A stretch of DNA of 62,976 bases, the filler included, from Octopus bimaculoides (Eukaryota): NCBI RefSeq assembly GCF_001194135.2. It is 3 parts of 3 records of this genome, joined end to end, with 100 filler letters (N's around TTAATTAATTAA, not from the genome) between each part and the next. Parts side by side here need not be neighbours in the genome. Positions count along the whole stretch, not along the records: positions 1 to 13,912 come from NC_068996.1; 2 more parts are not named here. One strand, written 5' to 3'. Position numbers and translations under genes: made by a program. Below the pieces are notes generated by a model that was given only the letters and a program-made list of their open reading frames with translations, was not told the origin of the DNA and searched no databases. Positions 1 to 12,699 of the stretch are shown here, piece by piece (the first letter of the stretch is position 1; every line of letters starts with the position of its first letter).

Positions 1-1026
1 CACATACACACAAACACACACGCACGCACAAAAACATACACATACACACACGCACACACACCTCACATACACAAACACACACACGAACACACACATACTC
101 AAAAACTGCCTGCTGACCTTCCACTGACCATTGTCCATAAGCACCCACTAACTATTCCTGCTACTAATTCCTTCCACTACGTCACACTCACACACACACA
201 CACAAACGCACACATACACACTAACAGATAAACCACCAAACCACGCACACACACATACACACATACATACGCACACACACGTTCTGTTATTACACACACA
301 CACTTGCAGACTCTCGCGCACGCACAGATATTCACCTCCCTTTTTCACTCTCCTGTCTTAGAAAGAACTTTTCCTCCACCACCTCCTCTTCCGGTCCTTC
401 CACAATGTAACCTCGTGGGCATCGGTACCGATTTTCTCTTCCTCCGTTTTTCCATTCTTTGAACTTTCCGTCTTTCCGATGAAGGNNNNNNNNNNNNNNN
501 NNNNNNNNNNNNNNNNNNNNNNNNNNNNNNNNNNNNNNNNNNNNNNNNNNNNNNNNNNNNNNNNNNNNNNNNNNNNNNNNNNNNNNNNNNNNNNNNNNNN
601 NNNNNNNNNNNNNNNNNNNNNNNNNNNNNNNNNNNNNNNNNNNNNNNNNNNNNNNNNNNNNNNNNNNNNNNNNNNNNNNNNNNNNNNNNNNNNNNNNNNN
701 NNNNNNNNNNNNNNNNNNNNNNNNNNNNNNNNNNNNNNNNNNNNNNNNNNNNNNNNNNNNNNNNNNNNNNNNNNNNNNNNNNNNNNNNNNNNNNNNNNNN
801 NNNNNNNNNNNNNNNNNNNNNNNNNNNNNNNNNNNNNNNNNNNNNNNNNNNNNNNNNNNNNNNNNNNNNNNNNNNNNNNNNNNNNNNNNNNNNNNNNNNN
901 NNNNNNNNNNNNNNNNNNNNNNNNNNNNNNNNNNNNNNNNNNNNNNNNNNNNNNNNNNNNNNNNNNNNNNNNNNNNNNNNNNNNNNNNNNNNNNNNNNNN
1001 NNNNNNNNNNNNNNNNNNNNNNNNNN

Positions 1027-1081
<55 letters not shown>

Positions 1082-1348
1082 ATATATGTATGTATGTATG
1101 TATATGTATATGTTATATGTATATATATATGTTTATATGCATGTATGTATAAATAAATATATATATATGTATATGTATATATATACATATATATATGGGG
1201 TGTGTACGTGTGTGCGTGTGGGAGGGGGCGTGTATGTGCGCACATATATGCTCATACTTGAGTAGCATTTATTTTATGCATTCGCTTTTTATGTACATGT
1301 ATTTGTAATATTGTATGCATTTGAATTCCGTAAATATGTAATATGTAT

Positions 1349-1402
<54 letters not shown>

Positions 1403-1897
1403 ACGCATTTATGTATACACATACATATATAAACGATATAAATCTGCGCCTGTATTCATATGTCTGTGTGTGTCTCTGTGTGTATAGTATTAACTTGTTT
1501 CTCTGTTTTCTCTCATACTATACCAATAGGAGAAAAATCAGGGTTACGCTGAAAGGGAAAAAAAGAGCAATTAGAAAGATATACGTAATATCTGAAATTG
1601 ACTGAGTGAGATTGTAAGAGCAATAGACACCAAAATGTCAGCAATTGAGTCAGACAATCAGGCAAGCAGAAGTATTAGAAGAATGAAAGAAATAATGAGG
1701 GTGGAAGGGTTAAGGCGAGATAAAGATAAGAGTTGATAATAAATAATATGGTGCACCCCAATAGAAAGGAATGATTAGACAGGTAACATTAACTGCGGTA
1801 CAGGGAGTATGTACATCATAGAGATGTACATACGTACATACATACGTACATACATACATACATAATACATACATACAAAGATACATACATACATACA

Positions 1898-1931
<34 letters not shown>

Positions 1932-1949
1932 CACCACATTGAATTTCGC

Positions 1950-4325
1950 TGACACGATTATGGCTGAAACTAACACCACCAAAGATGAAACCAAAACGTC
2001 ACGACCGATGAAAACAGAACTACTTCACCAGTAAGTCATTTAAGAAGACCTTAGTACTCTTCTCATTTTACTTAGACTCAACAATTAAACCAAGATTTAC
2101 TTCGGTGCTATGAAAATGCCCGAGATGAGCCTTCCATCGAAAACGTGAAGTGGTTAAAACAATACTGGGACGAAGCTCTTCCCAACTTAAATACCTTCAC
2201 GGCGAAACAGCTCCGACAACAAATATCTTTCAGACAAAAAATAAATCAACTGATCCTCGATCCTCCCAAAACACTGAGAATGAGCTAAAATCTGCCAGAA
2301 GCGGCGTTAAAAAATGTAAACAAACCATCGCTAAATTCGAGTGTCTCCAAACTTAGGTGACCCAATAGCGAAAACTGTGGAATACAACCAACTCAAAAAC
2401 ATTTTCAAATTACAATTCGCCATAGATTTCGTTACATTCTCCAAGTATTCGTTGAGCAGGAGACTATTCCCAACAAGAATGAGAAAGAATCCAGCCGATC
2501 TAATAAGATTATCAACGATGTTACTGGAGAACACATGGAATCATGTGATACTAATTACTGGAATATAAATACTCTTATATACACAGCCGCTATTACTCTT
2601 ACAGAAGACCTAGGGGAAATCTACAATGAACAGAGCAACGAAATTAAGAAGCAGAAAAAACCTAGATGGAAAACGAAACTTGAAGAAAACATCAACAACG
2701 TGCGCCGCCATATTGGATGTTAACTACAACAATAAAATGTAAGGATAAAAATAAGTTTACACCTCACCAACTCTACCTTAGACAAAAATTAACGAAACTT
2801 TAGGACAACGCTTCACCGCAAGCTCTTGAGGGAAAGCTAATCACTTTAACACATGAACTCAGGACGATGAGCGAGAAACTCCGCTATCGCATGCGAATTT
2901 TTGAGCAAGCCAGTATCAATTGCAAGTTTGCTTCCAACCCACAAGCATTATACAGAGAGATGAAGAAGGAAAATATTACCATTAAGGAAGCTCCCTCTCA
3001 GGAAGATCTACAATCATTCTGGTCAAAAATTGAGGGATTTCAACCTGAATGCACCATGGTTGAATACAATTAAGAAAGAATACTGTACCAACACTAACAG
3101 TAAAACCTACAAAATTGATGCAGAAACCTTCGCTATAGTTGTAGGCAAACTGCAGAATAGGAAGGCACCAGGAAGGAACCTAATAAATGGATATTGGTAC
3201 AAGAAGCTGACATTTTATAGAAACCAGTTGATATGTATGTTCAAAAGGATTATGGAAGGTCAGACTGATATACCAAATTGGCATGCTACAGCAAGGACAA
3301 ATCTTGTTGCCAAAAATGAAATCACCGAGATGGCAGCAAACTACAGGCCCATTGCTTGCCTAAACATCATGTACAAACTGTACGCAAGTTGCCTCAATCA
3401 ATTCTTCCAGCATCATTGTGAGTCGAACAACATTGTGACTGATGAACAGGCTGGTGGAAAGAAAGGAGTGTGGGGATGTACCGAACAACTTTTTATAAAC
3501 AAAGCTGCAGAAACCTTGTGACAATATGGCTCGACTATATGAAGGCATTCGTCTCTATCCCTCATTCATGGTTATTGAAGTGCCTACACCTGCCAAAAGT
3601 ATCCACCACCCTAATTACTGCTATAGAGAGACTCACAAAGACGTGAACAACTATTCTCACACTTCCAACTGAGAACATAATAATTGTTTCTGATAGTATA
3701 GGTATTTCAAAGGGAATATTCCAAGGAGATAGCCTTTCTGTACTTCTTTTCATTTTGGCACTGAATCCATTATCGTTCCTACTGCAAAAAACAAATGGTT
3801 ACATGCTAGGATCTTCAACTGCCAGAAATATCGATGTAACTCATAATTTCTTTGTAGACGACCTGAAGATTTATGCTAAAAGTGTTAACAATACCAAAAA
3901 CAACTGGAATTAATAACATTTTCAGCTGATACAGGCATGGAATTTGGCCAAAAGAAATCTTCATATCTAGTTATAGAACGAGAAAAGTCAGTCGCTCAAA
4001 CCCAAAACCTGTGCATCAACGGTCTCTCAATCTTCCCCATTCCATAAAAAGAATGTTACAAGTACCTAGGCATAGAGGAAAATGTATCATATGAAGACAC
4101 TATGAATAAAGATAGAGTGACCCGAGAATATTACACCTGAGGCAATCGGAACACTCCTCTTACAACAAAACAATAACCCACAATGCATCTGCAGTACCAG
4201 TGCTGATTTCAACATCTGAGATATTTGATTGTTCTGTAGAGGAAATCCACTCCATAGATATCAAAACCTGAAAAATCCTGGCTACAACTGGGAGCTTCCA
4301 CAGAAACAGTGATATTAACAGGCTC
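1950..4325 (+). mobile_element. Decayed RLE-type non-LTR retrotransposon, R4/Dong-like (N-terminal region plus RT; truncated before the endonuclease)
   Basis: Frameshifted or stop-interrupted motifs read in order: QDLLRCYENARDEP..KQYWDEALP (about 2090-2190), KAPGRNLINGYWYKKL, NYRPIACLNIMYKL, EQAGGKKGVWGCTEQL (ORF 3030-3521), WLDYMKAFVSIPHSW (about 3525), GIFQGDSLS..LFILALNPLS (about 3715), FFVDDLKIY (about 3850), YKYLGI (about 4057), HRNSDINRL (about 4300). Clade call is from recalled R4/Dong motif style. Start boundary is approximate. Confidence 0.85.
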
Positions 4326-4379
4326 TGTTAATATCAATATATTAACAGGCTCTGTTAATATCGGCCCCTACTCCTCTAC

Positions 4380-5100
4380 CGTTTTCAACGTAGCAGGACC
4401 CATCCTTTCGGAGTTGTCTTCAGCTCTGGTGTTGAGTGCGTTTCTTCTTTCCCCTTTTTTCTTTTGTTCTTTCCTTTCTTCGATGCAGCGTTAACGAATG
4501 TCAGCTACAGCAGCCAGCACCAGCTAACTGTCACGTGACACTGTCTAAGCTTCAATTGACCAATGGAGAGGAAGGGCGCATAATCTTAGCCCGCGCCCTC
4601 TCTAAACCTGCCTTCCAACAGCGTCGTGTTAGATTCAGTTCTAGCAGCAAGAGCCGACCAGGTGTTTTGTGGTACAAGCCTTAGAACCAGGAGGAGGGCG
4701 CACTCTGAACGAGATCGTTACCCTGGCCCACCTGTCAATCAGTGATGCTGCTTAAGTGTCAGCCAGCCTCACCTAGTGACGCTATTTCCCATTCGGCATG
4801 TTATGGCTTTCAATCCATTTTGAGTCTTTTCGTTTGAACCATATATAGAAGCTGGCTTTGTCGACTGCCTCCTGTATTCTCCTTATTACTTTTCTCAGAT
4901 CTGAGCTCGAAAATTCAAACCTTTTAAATACCGTCGCCATTTTCCTTTCAATGAAGCATCTAGCTCCCACTGCCAGGTGGTAATACTCGACAGTCCATCC
5001 CTGTTCTCAGCGCTCTTCGATTTATCTCTCATACCTCTTCTTCCGTTGCTCTGCATTAACGATGTTCCCTTTTCATGGCACGGTCAGCTCTAGGTTACGG
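4380..5100 (-). mobile_element. 5'-truncated RLE-type LINE 3' end, HERO/R2-superfamily-like (endonuclease C-terminus plus 3' UTR)
   Basis: The minus strand reads ELTVP*KGNIVNAEQRKKRYER*IEER*EQGWTVEYYHLAVGARCFIERK..ASFYIWFKRKD. This matches the RLE pattern ELTVPW..RK..Y..GW..VG.RG. The 3' UTR boundary is approximate. Confidence 0.75.
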
Positions 5101-5229
5101 AAACACAAAAACCGGTTGTCAAGCGGTGGCTGGGGGCAAGCACATACGCACACATAGATATATACAGTCCTAAGCAACAATGACGAATCATTCATTGTAT
5201 CGAAATGTAATGATAGTCGATGTGGTACA

Positions 5230-5565
5230 TGTCAGTTCATGCATACAGGTCAATTTATGAACACAAAAACCGGAAGAATATTTACAAATGCAAATATGAA
5301 CTGCATTAAATGCTCGAATTGTATAGAGATATATGTTAGTCAAAATGAGAATGCATTATCGGAACATTCACGTGTGCACCGACAGCAAATTAAAGACCCT
5401 GATGCCCGTCAGATACCTTTAACCAACCATCAGGCAACATGTGGTCATAAAAAGTTTATAATATTCCCATTCTACAAACTAAACAACTCAAATGAGATTG
5501 AGGGAAAAGGCGGAGAAAAGAATTTTATTAATAAATCCGAAACCGTTCTAAATGGAAAGTTATAA
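5230..5565 (+). mobile_element. Penelope-like element remnant, GIY-YIG endonuclease C-terminus
   Basis: The ORF contains CIKCSNCIEIYVSQ..LSEHSRVHRQQI..PLTNHQATCG..FIIFPFYKL..EKNFINK..LN, the typical PLE GIY-YIG tail. Confidence 0.7.
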
Positions 5566-6864
5566 TAATGGTGACAATTATACTGATGATGGTGATAATA
5601 AATAAATACTACTGCAATTACTATTGTTACCACCGCCACCGATGGTCGTAGCGTTGACCAAATGTACATTGGCTCGATTGAAATATAAAAATTTCTGGAA
5701 TAACAATAGAATTAGAATTGAATGAAAACAGGACTATTGTTTACAACATTCCAAAATATAATCAAGCAATTATTCCTTTATATACGTTCAAAGAAAAGGA
5801 TCTTTGACGTGCCCACCAAACGATGACTTCTAAGCCACATACTGATTGGTTGAAATATAGTTAGAACTTAGTTGACGCGCTCACCAAACCGTGACACACA
5901 AGCCAAATGTTGATTGGGCAAAATACAGTTTGGAAGATTTAACCTACTGGAGCCCATCGGAGGAGGGACAAATCCGACTATTTCGCTACAATTGTCAATT
6001 GTGGAACACGACTGTCACCACATAAATCTGATGATTGCGCAACACATGAAAGTATTAGCTTATTTTGATATTGTAAAACGTGAAAATCAGACTAAGTTGG
6101 AATTTCAATTATTATATATACATATATATATATATCTTGTTACTCGTCCTTCGCCTCTCACCGTTACTACTACTATCTCTCTCTCTCTCTACCTCTCCTT
6201 GCTCACATTTATTCTACTTCCTCCCCTTCTTTTCCCTCTGCTACTCTTACTCTCTCTCTTTACACAGCCTTGGTCACGTGTGTCCGGATGCTATTTCTTT
6301 TCGTTCTTGGACTCCCCAAGCTCGCACGTACTTCTTTGCCCCTCCTGTTCGTGCTTCACAGAGTTCAATACATACACACTTCACGTCTGGCTGTACAGCC
6401 TTTTTGATTGTTTGTTTATTCACCGTTTCGTTTTCCTGTCTCGTTTTCTGTCCGCCACTACCCTCCACAAAAATAATTTAATTTGTGTTCGTGGGAAGAA
6501 CCATTTCAACGATGCGTACTGCCTTAATTCTTCGAAACGCCGGTGTTTTAATGGTGGCAGCTGATGAAGGAGATGTTTCTATGTGGCTTCCTTGTTTGTT
6601 GTACCTTGTTTATCATTTTGTCCATGTTCTTTTGCCACGACATGTACCCAGTTATGCATCTATATGTACATGTAGATGAAGGTATGTACATACATGTACA
6701 TATATATGCATATACTCATATATTGTTTGTATGTATATATATATATATATATATAATATACACATATATATACATCTATATATATGTATATATATGTATT
6801 ATCCCTTAGTGGGTTAGATTCACAACCCCTAACTTTCTTGGATCATATGTATATATGTATATAT

Positions 6865-6919
<55 letters not shown>

Positions 6920-7196
6920 TCAAATTTGAATGTCAAGGCATTGTTCGTCCCAAGCGTTTGGCAAAAGTTACTTCCTCAAGGTGCACCACAGTGGAATCCA
7001 AACCGAAATCAAGTAACAACTATACAATTGAACAACTCAACAACAATTAGTTAATTATAACTAATTATTCTATCATTCTTATATTCTAATTGCATACTTT
7101 TCAGACACTTTACTGTCACCATGCTAAAGTGTTGTCTTCAACAGTTTTCTTTTTCGGAGAAAGTCGTTCTTTCGATGATATCAATTCTTTCTAATC

Positions 7197-7412
7197 ACTT
7201 GTTTCAGTCATTAAACTGCAGCCGTACTAGTGCACCGCCTTGAATTTTAGTTGAATTAATTAATTCCAGTGGTTTTCTTTTCTTAAGCCCGGTACTTATC
7301 CTATCGAATCCTTTGGCCGAAACGCTAAGTTACGTGGAGGTTAAGTTAACACACCAACATCGGTTGTCAAGCGATGGGGTGGGACAAACTCAGACACACA
7401 TATATACGACGG
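7197..7412 (-). mobile_element. SINE family A, 3' half
   Basis: Matches the reverse complement of the tail of the 7434-7860 copy (cttgtttcagtcatt..cggttgtcaagcgatgg..ggacaaac). Confidence 0.8.
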
Positions 7413-7433
7413 AATATATATATATATATTATA

Positions 7434-7860
7434 GGCGTAGGAGTAGCTGTGTGGTAATTAGCTTGCTTACCAACCACATGGTTCCGGGTTCAGTCACACT
7501 GCGTGGCATCTTGGGCAAGTGTCTTTTACTATAGCCTCGGGCCGACCAAAGCCTTGTGAGTAGATTTGGTAGACGGAAACTGAAAGAAGCCCATCGTATA
7601 TATGTATATATATATTTATATGTGTGTGTGTGTGTGTGTGTGTATGTTTGTGTGTCTGTGTTTGTTCCCCCAGCATCGCTTGACAACCGATGCTGGTGTA
7701 TTTACGTCCCCGCAACTTAGCGGTTCGGCGAAAGAGACCGATAGAATAAGTACTAGGCTTCCAAACAATAAGTCCTAGGGTCGATTTGCTCGACTAAAGG
7801 CGGTGCTCCAGCATCGCCACAGTCAAATGACTGAAACAAGTAAAAGAGTAAAGAGAGAGA
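7434..7860 (+). mobile_element. SINE family A, full length (tRNA-derived head, internal TA/TG microsatellite)
   Basis: A-box-like tagctgtgtgg and B-box-like ggttcagtc, then ttgggcaagtgtctt, the internal microsatellite, and a tail ending (agagtaa)n. More than 10 related copies are in the window. Confidence 0.9.
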
Positions 7861-8654
7861 GTAAAGATATATATTTATATATATAATGTTATATATTATA
7901 TATTATATATGTATATTCAAATATGAAATAGAAACAACGCTAGTGTAATAAGCATTATCGACCACGCGCCCTTCTCGAACAAGAACTGAGTATGCTGGTA
8001 GGCAGTGATATATTGTGGAGGAGAATACTCACTGGAAGTGCTGAGCGTTAAAATCCTGAAAGTCATGGACATGCGAGACAACTCAGCCCGAATCGCATTC
8101 AGGAGTTGTGGATCACGATATTTCGCCATTTTTGTTTCTTGTCAACATCACGTAACTGAAACGAATCGGAGGTGAATTGTACTGCCTGTACGCGACATTT
8201 GTATATAGTTTGAAAACTACGAGCCAGTATATCCCGACTTTGCATACGTAATAATAATTTCAAATATGAAATAGAAGCGGCGCTAGTGTAATAAACATCG
8301 ACCACACGTAATGTAGCAGCAAAGCGTGTTTGCCGGTAGGCTGCAATTGGCAAAACACTTTCAAGTGCTTTAACACTCGTAAAGCGCCTGTTGTTAAAAC
8401 ATTTCAAAGTCATAGACAGCCGACTCTGTCATTCCTGAATGGGATTTGGAGTTAGTTGACACTCCTGCTCATAGCTTTCAGATGTTTCGATACCCGACGC
8501 TTTGAGAGGGTAATCTCCACCATGCTATGTGGCAACCTACCGACAAACAGAGCTAGGAGTCATGTTAGGTAGATGTATTCGATAATGCTTTTTCAGTCCT
8601 TCATCTCGGTACCGGCACCGAGATGAGAATGTCAATATGCATTATATATTCTTC

Positions 8655-8979
8655 ATACTCTTTACTCTTTTACACTTTTATTTGTTTCGGTTATTTGACT
8701 GCGGCCATGCTGAAACACCTCCTTTAGTCGAACAAATCGACCCAAGGACTTATTCTTTGTCAGCCTAGTATTTATTCTGTCAGTCAATTTTGCCGAACCG
8801 CTAAGTTACGGGGATGTAGATACACCAACAAGCGATGGTGAGGGGACAAATCCACTCATAAAATTTGGTCGGCCCGTGTCTATAGTAGAAGACACTTTCC
8901 CAAGGTGCTACGCAGTGGAACTGAGCCCGGAACCATGTGGTTGGGAAGCAAACTTCTTACCACACAACCACTCCTGCGC
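8655..8979 (-). mobile_element. SINE family A with internal deletion (GGAAGCAA.CTTCT head variant)
   Basis: Tail and head are present but the central microsatellite block is missing. The head has ggaagcaaacttct at 8944-8957. Confidence 0.8.
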
Positions 8980-9131
8980 CAACGTGAAAAACGCTAAACG
9001 TTAAGCTTTTTTACATGATGTAATTGATGAGTACATCAAAAACAAAAATACATTTGAAACAGCTGTAGTGAACCTCAGCCCATTTCTAATACAGACAGAC
9101 AGACAGACACATACACGCACACATACGCACG

Positions 9132-9175
<44 letters not shown>

Positions 9176-9735
9176 TGTGTGTGTGTATATATAAGGCTTT
9201 GTTCTCTGTTGGTCATGTATCCAGAAGTATATTATGAATTCTTACTGATGACTTAGACATTTCTTTAACTTGTATGTATGTATGCATGTATGTTTGTGTG
9301 CGTGTACGTGTTTGTGCATGTGTGTGCAAGTGTGTCTTTTGTATGTTTGTGTGTATGTGTATTTTTGCCTGTGTATGTGTGTGTGTGTGTGTGCGTGCGT
9401 TGGTGTGTGCGTGCGTGTATGCGCGCCTTTATCTGGATTTGCACAGAAAAATTCTTTGAAGGTTACAAATTAAATAGAAAGTTAAAGTTAATTTTCTCAT
9501 GGTAACAATGCGGTGTATTTAGTGAGGTTTGTAGAAAGAGGTAAATAAAGCATATGTACATTTTAAAATATGAGAAGTTATCAGTAAAACGTTAAACCAA
9601 AAGTATTTTAAAAAGAAAATCTAATAAAACATGCAAATCTTAAAATATCACTGGTGATGAGAGCAATGTGGTTCTTTGTATCATTGAAAAAGACTTTTAG
9701 GACCAGATTGTGTCTCCACAGGAAAATCTTAAGGT

Positions 9736-10320
9736 ATGACTAATTACTGAGAAGAAGCGTTGAATTGATATTTATGTAAGCCACAGTTAGATATTGAAAA
9801 TTAAATGAAGAATATATTTGTATTTTTGGCTAACAACTTGCACATGCGAGTGCTACCAGTTGCGAACTCCGCATACCGGATGCTAGCAAGCTTATGTAGT
9901 CATCAGAAGAGAATGTGCGCCGTTTCGGGGCATTCATCTCGACGGCATTACATACCGGTTGAGGCCCTGCTTGTTAGATCAACTGGTTATCAGGTTTCGC
10001 TCAATATTCTTCTAGCCATTGCTTATCGTCTCTTTTAAACCAAATCCAGTTCCTTGCCTTTTCCCACTGAAATATGGACATCACTCATGATAATATTTAT
10101 TTTACGATTAATGAAATCTCTGGTTGGTTCCTTCAGGGGTTTTTGCCACTGTTTATGAGAGCAATTTGGTACTTTATAGCATTTGAAGAGGAGCTTATAG
10201 ACCCGATTGTGTAACGACGTGCAAATTGTAAGATGTGACTAATAATTGAGAGGGTGTGTCCAAGTTAATACTTATGTAAGCCAGAGTTAATTATTGAAAA
10301 CTAAATAAAGAGTATAGGGA
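9736..10320 (-). mobile_element. Penelope-like remnant (GIY-YIG tail plus repeated flank)
   Basis: Minus-strand 10080-10250 reads SHLTICT..VYKLLFKCYKVP..KEPTRDFINRKIN, resembling the 5400-5540 PLE tail. It is bracketed by an approximately 80 bp degenerate direct repeat. Confidence 0.45.
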
Positions 10321-10465
10321 CAAAAGAATTACATAATCTATAAAACACATTAAAAAGATGCAAGATATCAGTTACAAGGTAAATAATGAACAAAGAAAAA
10401 ATATATTGTGCTAAAAGTTTACAAAGAATATATGCTGCACATTGGAAGCCAAACAGAGTAATATG

Positions 10466-10507
<42 letters not shown>

Positions 10508-12384
10508 ATATACGGCAAGTAAGAAAACAGAGAGGATATAAAATCGACAAACATCAGCCGGTAAACATTCAATTATGTCTATCTATTCAATTGTAAAGGA
10601 TGAATACACACACATGTATGAGTGATACAGATTAATGAGTGGAAAAAACTGGTAACTGCATAGATAAGGGAGTGAATACATACAAGTATATAGAAATAAA
10701 TGAGCAAAAAATAAATGAGTGTGCAGGTGCTAGTTCCTTACGGCCGTTTCTGCCAAGAGGCAACACAATTTTCCAGGTTATCTCAATCACTTCAGTGTTA
10801 TGCAGGAATGAACAGACAAGGCTTGGATAATTGATGTGCCCCTAGGCTTCTTCGGAGGGTCTAAGTAGTTGGGGGCGTGTGGCTAACACATATAAAAGTC
10901 AGTTAAGTATAGATAACGTGTGCTTATCCTTTTAAATAGAATAAGAATAAGAATGAGAGGAAACAGAAGAATACAAGTGAAATACAGCAGAGTACAATAA
11001 GGTAGGCATATCAAGGGGAAATAAGGTACAGATTTCCCATAAAGTATTTATAAAATCCACGGTATTTCATCCAGTGGTGAGTTGGTGAATAAAATCACTT
11101 TCAGGAGGAATTTTTTCAAAATTTTCAAAAATATTGAAATATTTTTCTATGGTAAACCTGATTTTATTATTTATTTGTTCCGGAAAAATTGCAGAAAAAT
11201 CTTACTCAGGTTTAAATTTTAACCAATTTTACCTAATCAGTAAAAACAACTTAAGTTCTAAGAACTTCTAAAGTTTAAGTAAGTTTTAATGAATAAATTC
11301 ATGTGAAACGGTCGAACAGACATGTGAAAAATTATAAAAGGAAAAATATCCTCAACGAAGTCTTTTGCGAAAAATTGCAAGAGGCCTAGTTGGAATTTAC
11401 AAAAAACAAAAGGTGAAGATAGGTATGTAAACAACAAACAGGTGTATTAGTTTAACGTTAGGGAAGGTGAGAAAGTCTTTTACGTTTCGAGCCTACACTC
11501 TTCAACAGAAAGAAGCACAAAAAAATAAACAGAGAGAGTATAAAAAAAGAAAGCTTTAGTAGCTAACGGTTAATCATGGCGATCATGTCTCGTTTTTCTG
11601 GGGTTTTTTCGTTGTTGGAAAAACAGTTCGTTTCCTATGGTTTTGTTTTTTATGTTTTCGTTTCTCATTTTGTCTACGTTTTTTGATGTCCTGTACGCAG
11701 ATATGCATGTATATATACGTATATATATGTAGGTATGTACATATATGTATGCATATATTTATATATTATTTATATTATTATATGATCAACGCCACGCATC
11801 ATTTTCCAAGGTTGTAGGTGAAACTTTTTCCCACGGTGCCTCGCATTGGAACTGAACCCGGAACTATACGATTGGGAAGTATGATTCTTACCACACAACC
11901 ACGTCTACACCTTTATATGTGAAGAAAAGAAATGTACGTGTGTGTGTGATCCGCTGTGTTCTGTATTGTATGTTGTTAGGTGCAACTAGCCTGTTGTTTG
12001 ATTGTATGTGGCCATGTGTTGTGTGTTGCGTGTGATACAGACAAATCACATGTATTTATCAATGCACTGCACTTAATGAAGTCAATATGAATTTATACAA
12101 ATATCCAAGGGAAAGCTGGCTTCTAAGAAGTTCCCATAGTAACATTGACATCAATAAATATCTCTTTCATTGGCTTAGTGAATCGTAACCACTTGTATGA
12201 ATTACCGACACAAATGAATACGTTTGAGGTTATGTGTGCTAGTGATGTTGCAGTTGTGTGTATTTTTCTTTTTTTGTATTGGGGTAAATGTTTACATCTA
12301 TATATATACGAGTGAACGTGTAAGTTTATATATGAGAATCAAAGAGTGTATAGTTCGTCTGTGATGTGAACTGATCCTTGTATT

Positions 12385-12590
12385 TATTGGCTATTTCACT
12401 GCGGCCAAGCTGGAGCACCGCCTTGAAGGGTTTTAGTTGAACAAAACGACTCTATGACTTATTTTTTATAAGCCCGATACTTATTCTAACGGTTTTTGCC
12501 GAACCGATAAGTTACTGGGACGTAAACACACTTACATCGGTTGTCGAACTGCGGTAAGGGGACAAGGACAGACACAGACACAAAGGCACA
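12385..12590 (-). mobile_element. SINE family A, 3' half, running into a TA microsatellite and gap
   Basis: Contains ctgcggccaagctggagcaccgcc..cggttgtc..ggggacaa. Confidence 0.75.
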
Positions 12591-12638
12591 TACGCACACA
12601 CATATCTGTATTTATATATATACGTATAGTATATGTAT

Positions 12639-12699
<61 letters not shown>

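Noticed and set aside
358-485. K/E-rich peptide FIGKTESSKNGKTEEEKIGTDAHEVTLWKDRK, possibly related to the A/B element C-termini
   Set aside because: Only 130 bp before a gap; the similarity is too weak to call.
148-1605. ORFs rich in VC/HT/YI/X, here and throughout the window
   Set aside because: Translations of CA/TA microsatellites and N gaps.
6525-6580. GAAAC..CTGATGA permuted hammerhead candidate
   Set aside because: Stem I cannot be formed and there is no valid NUH site.
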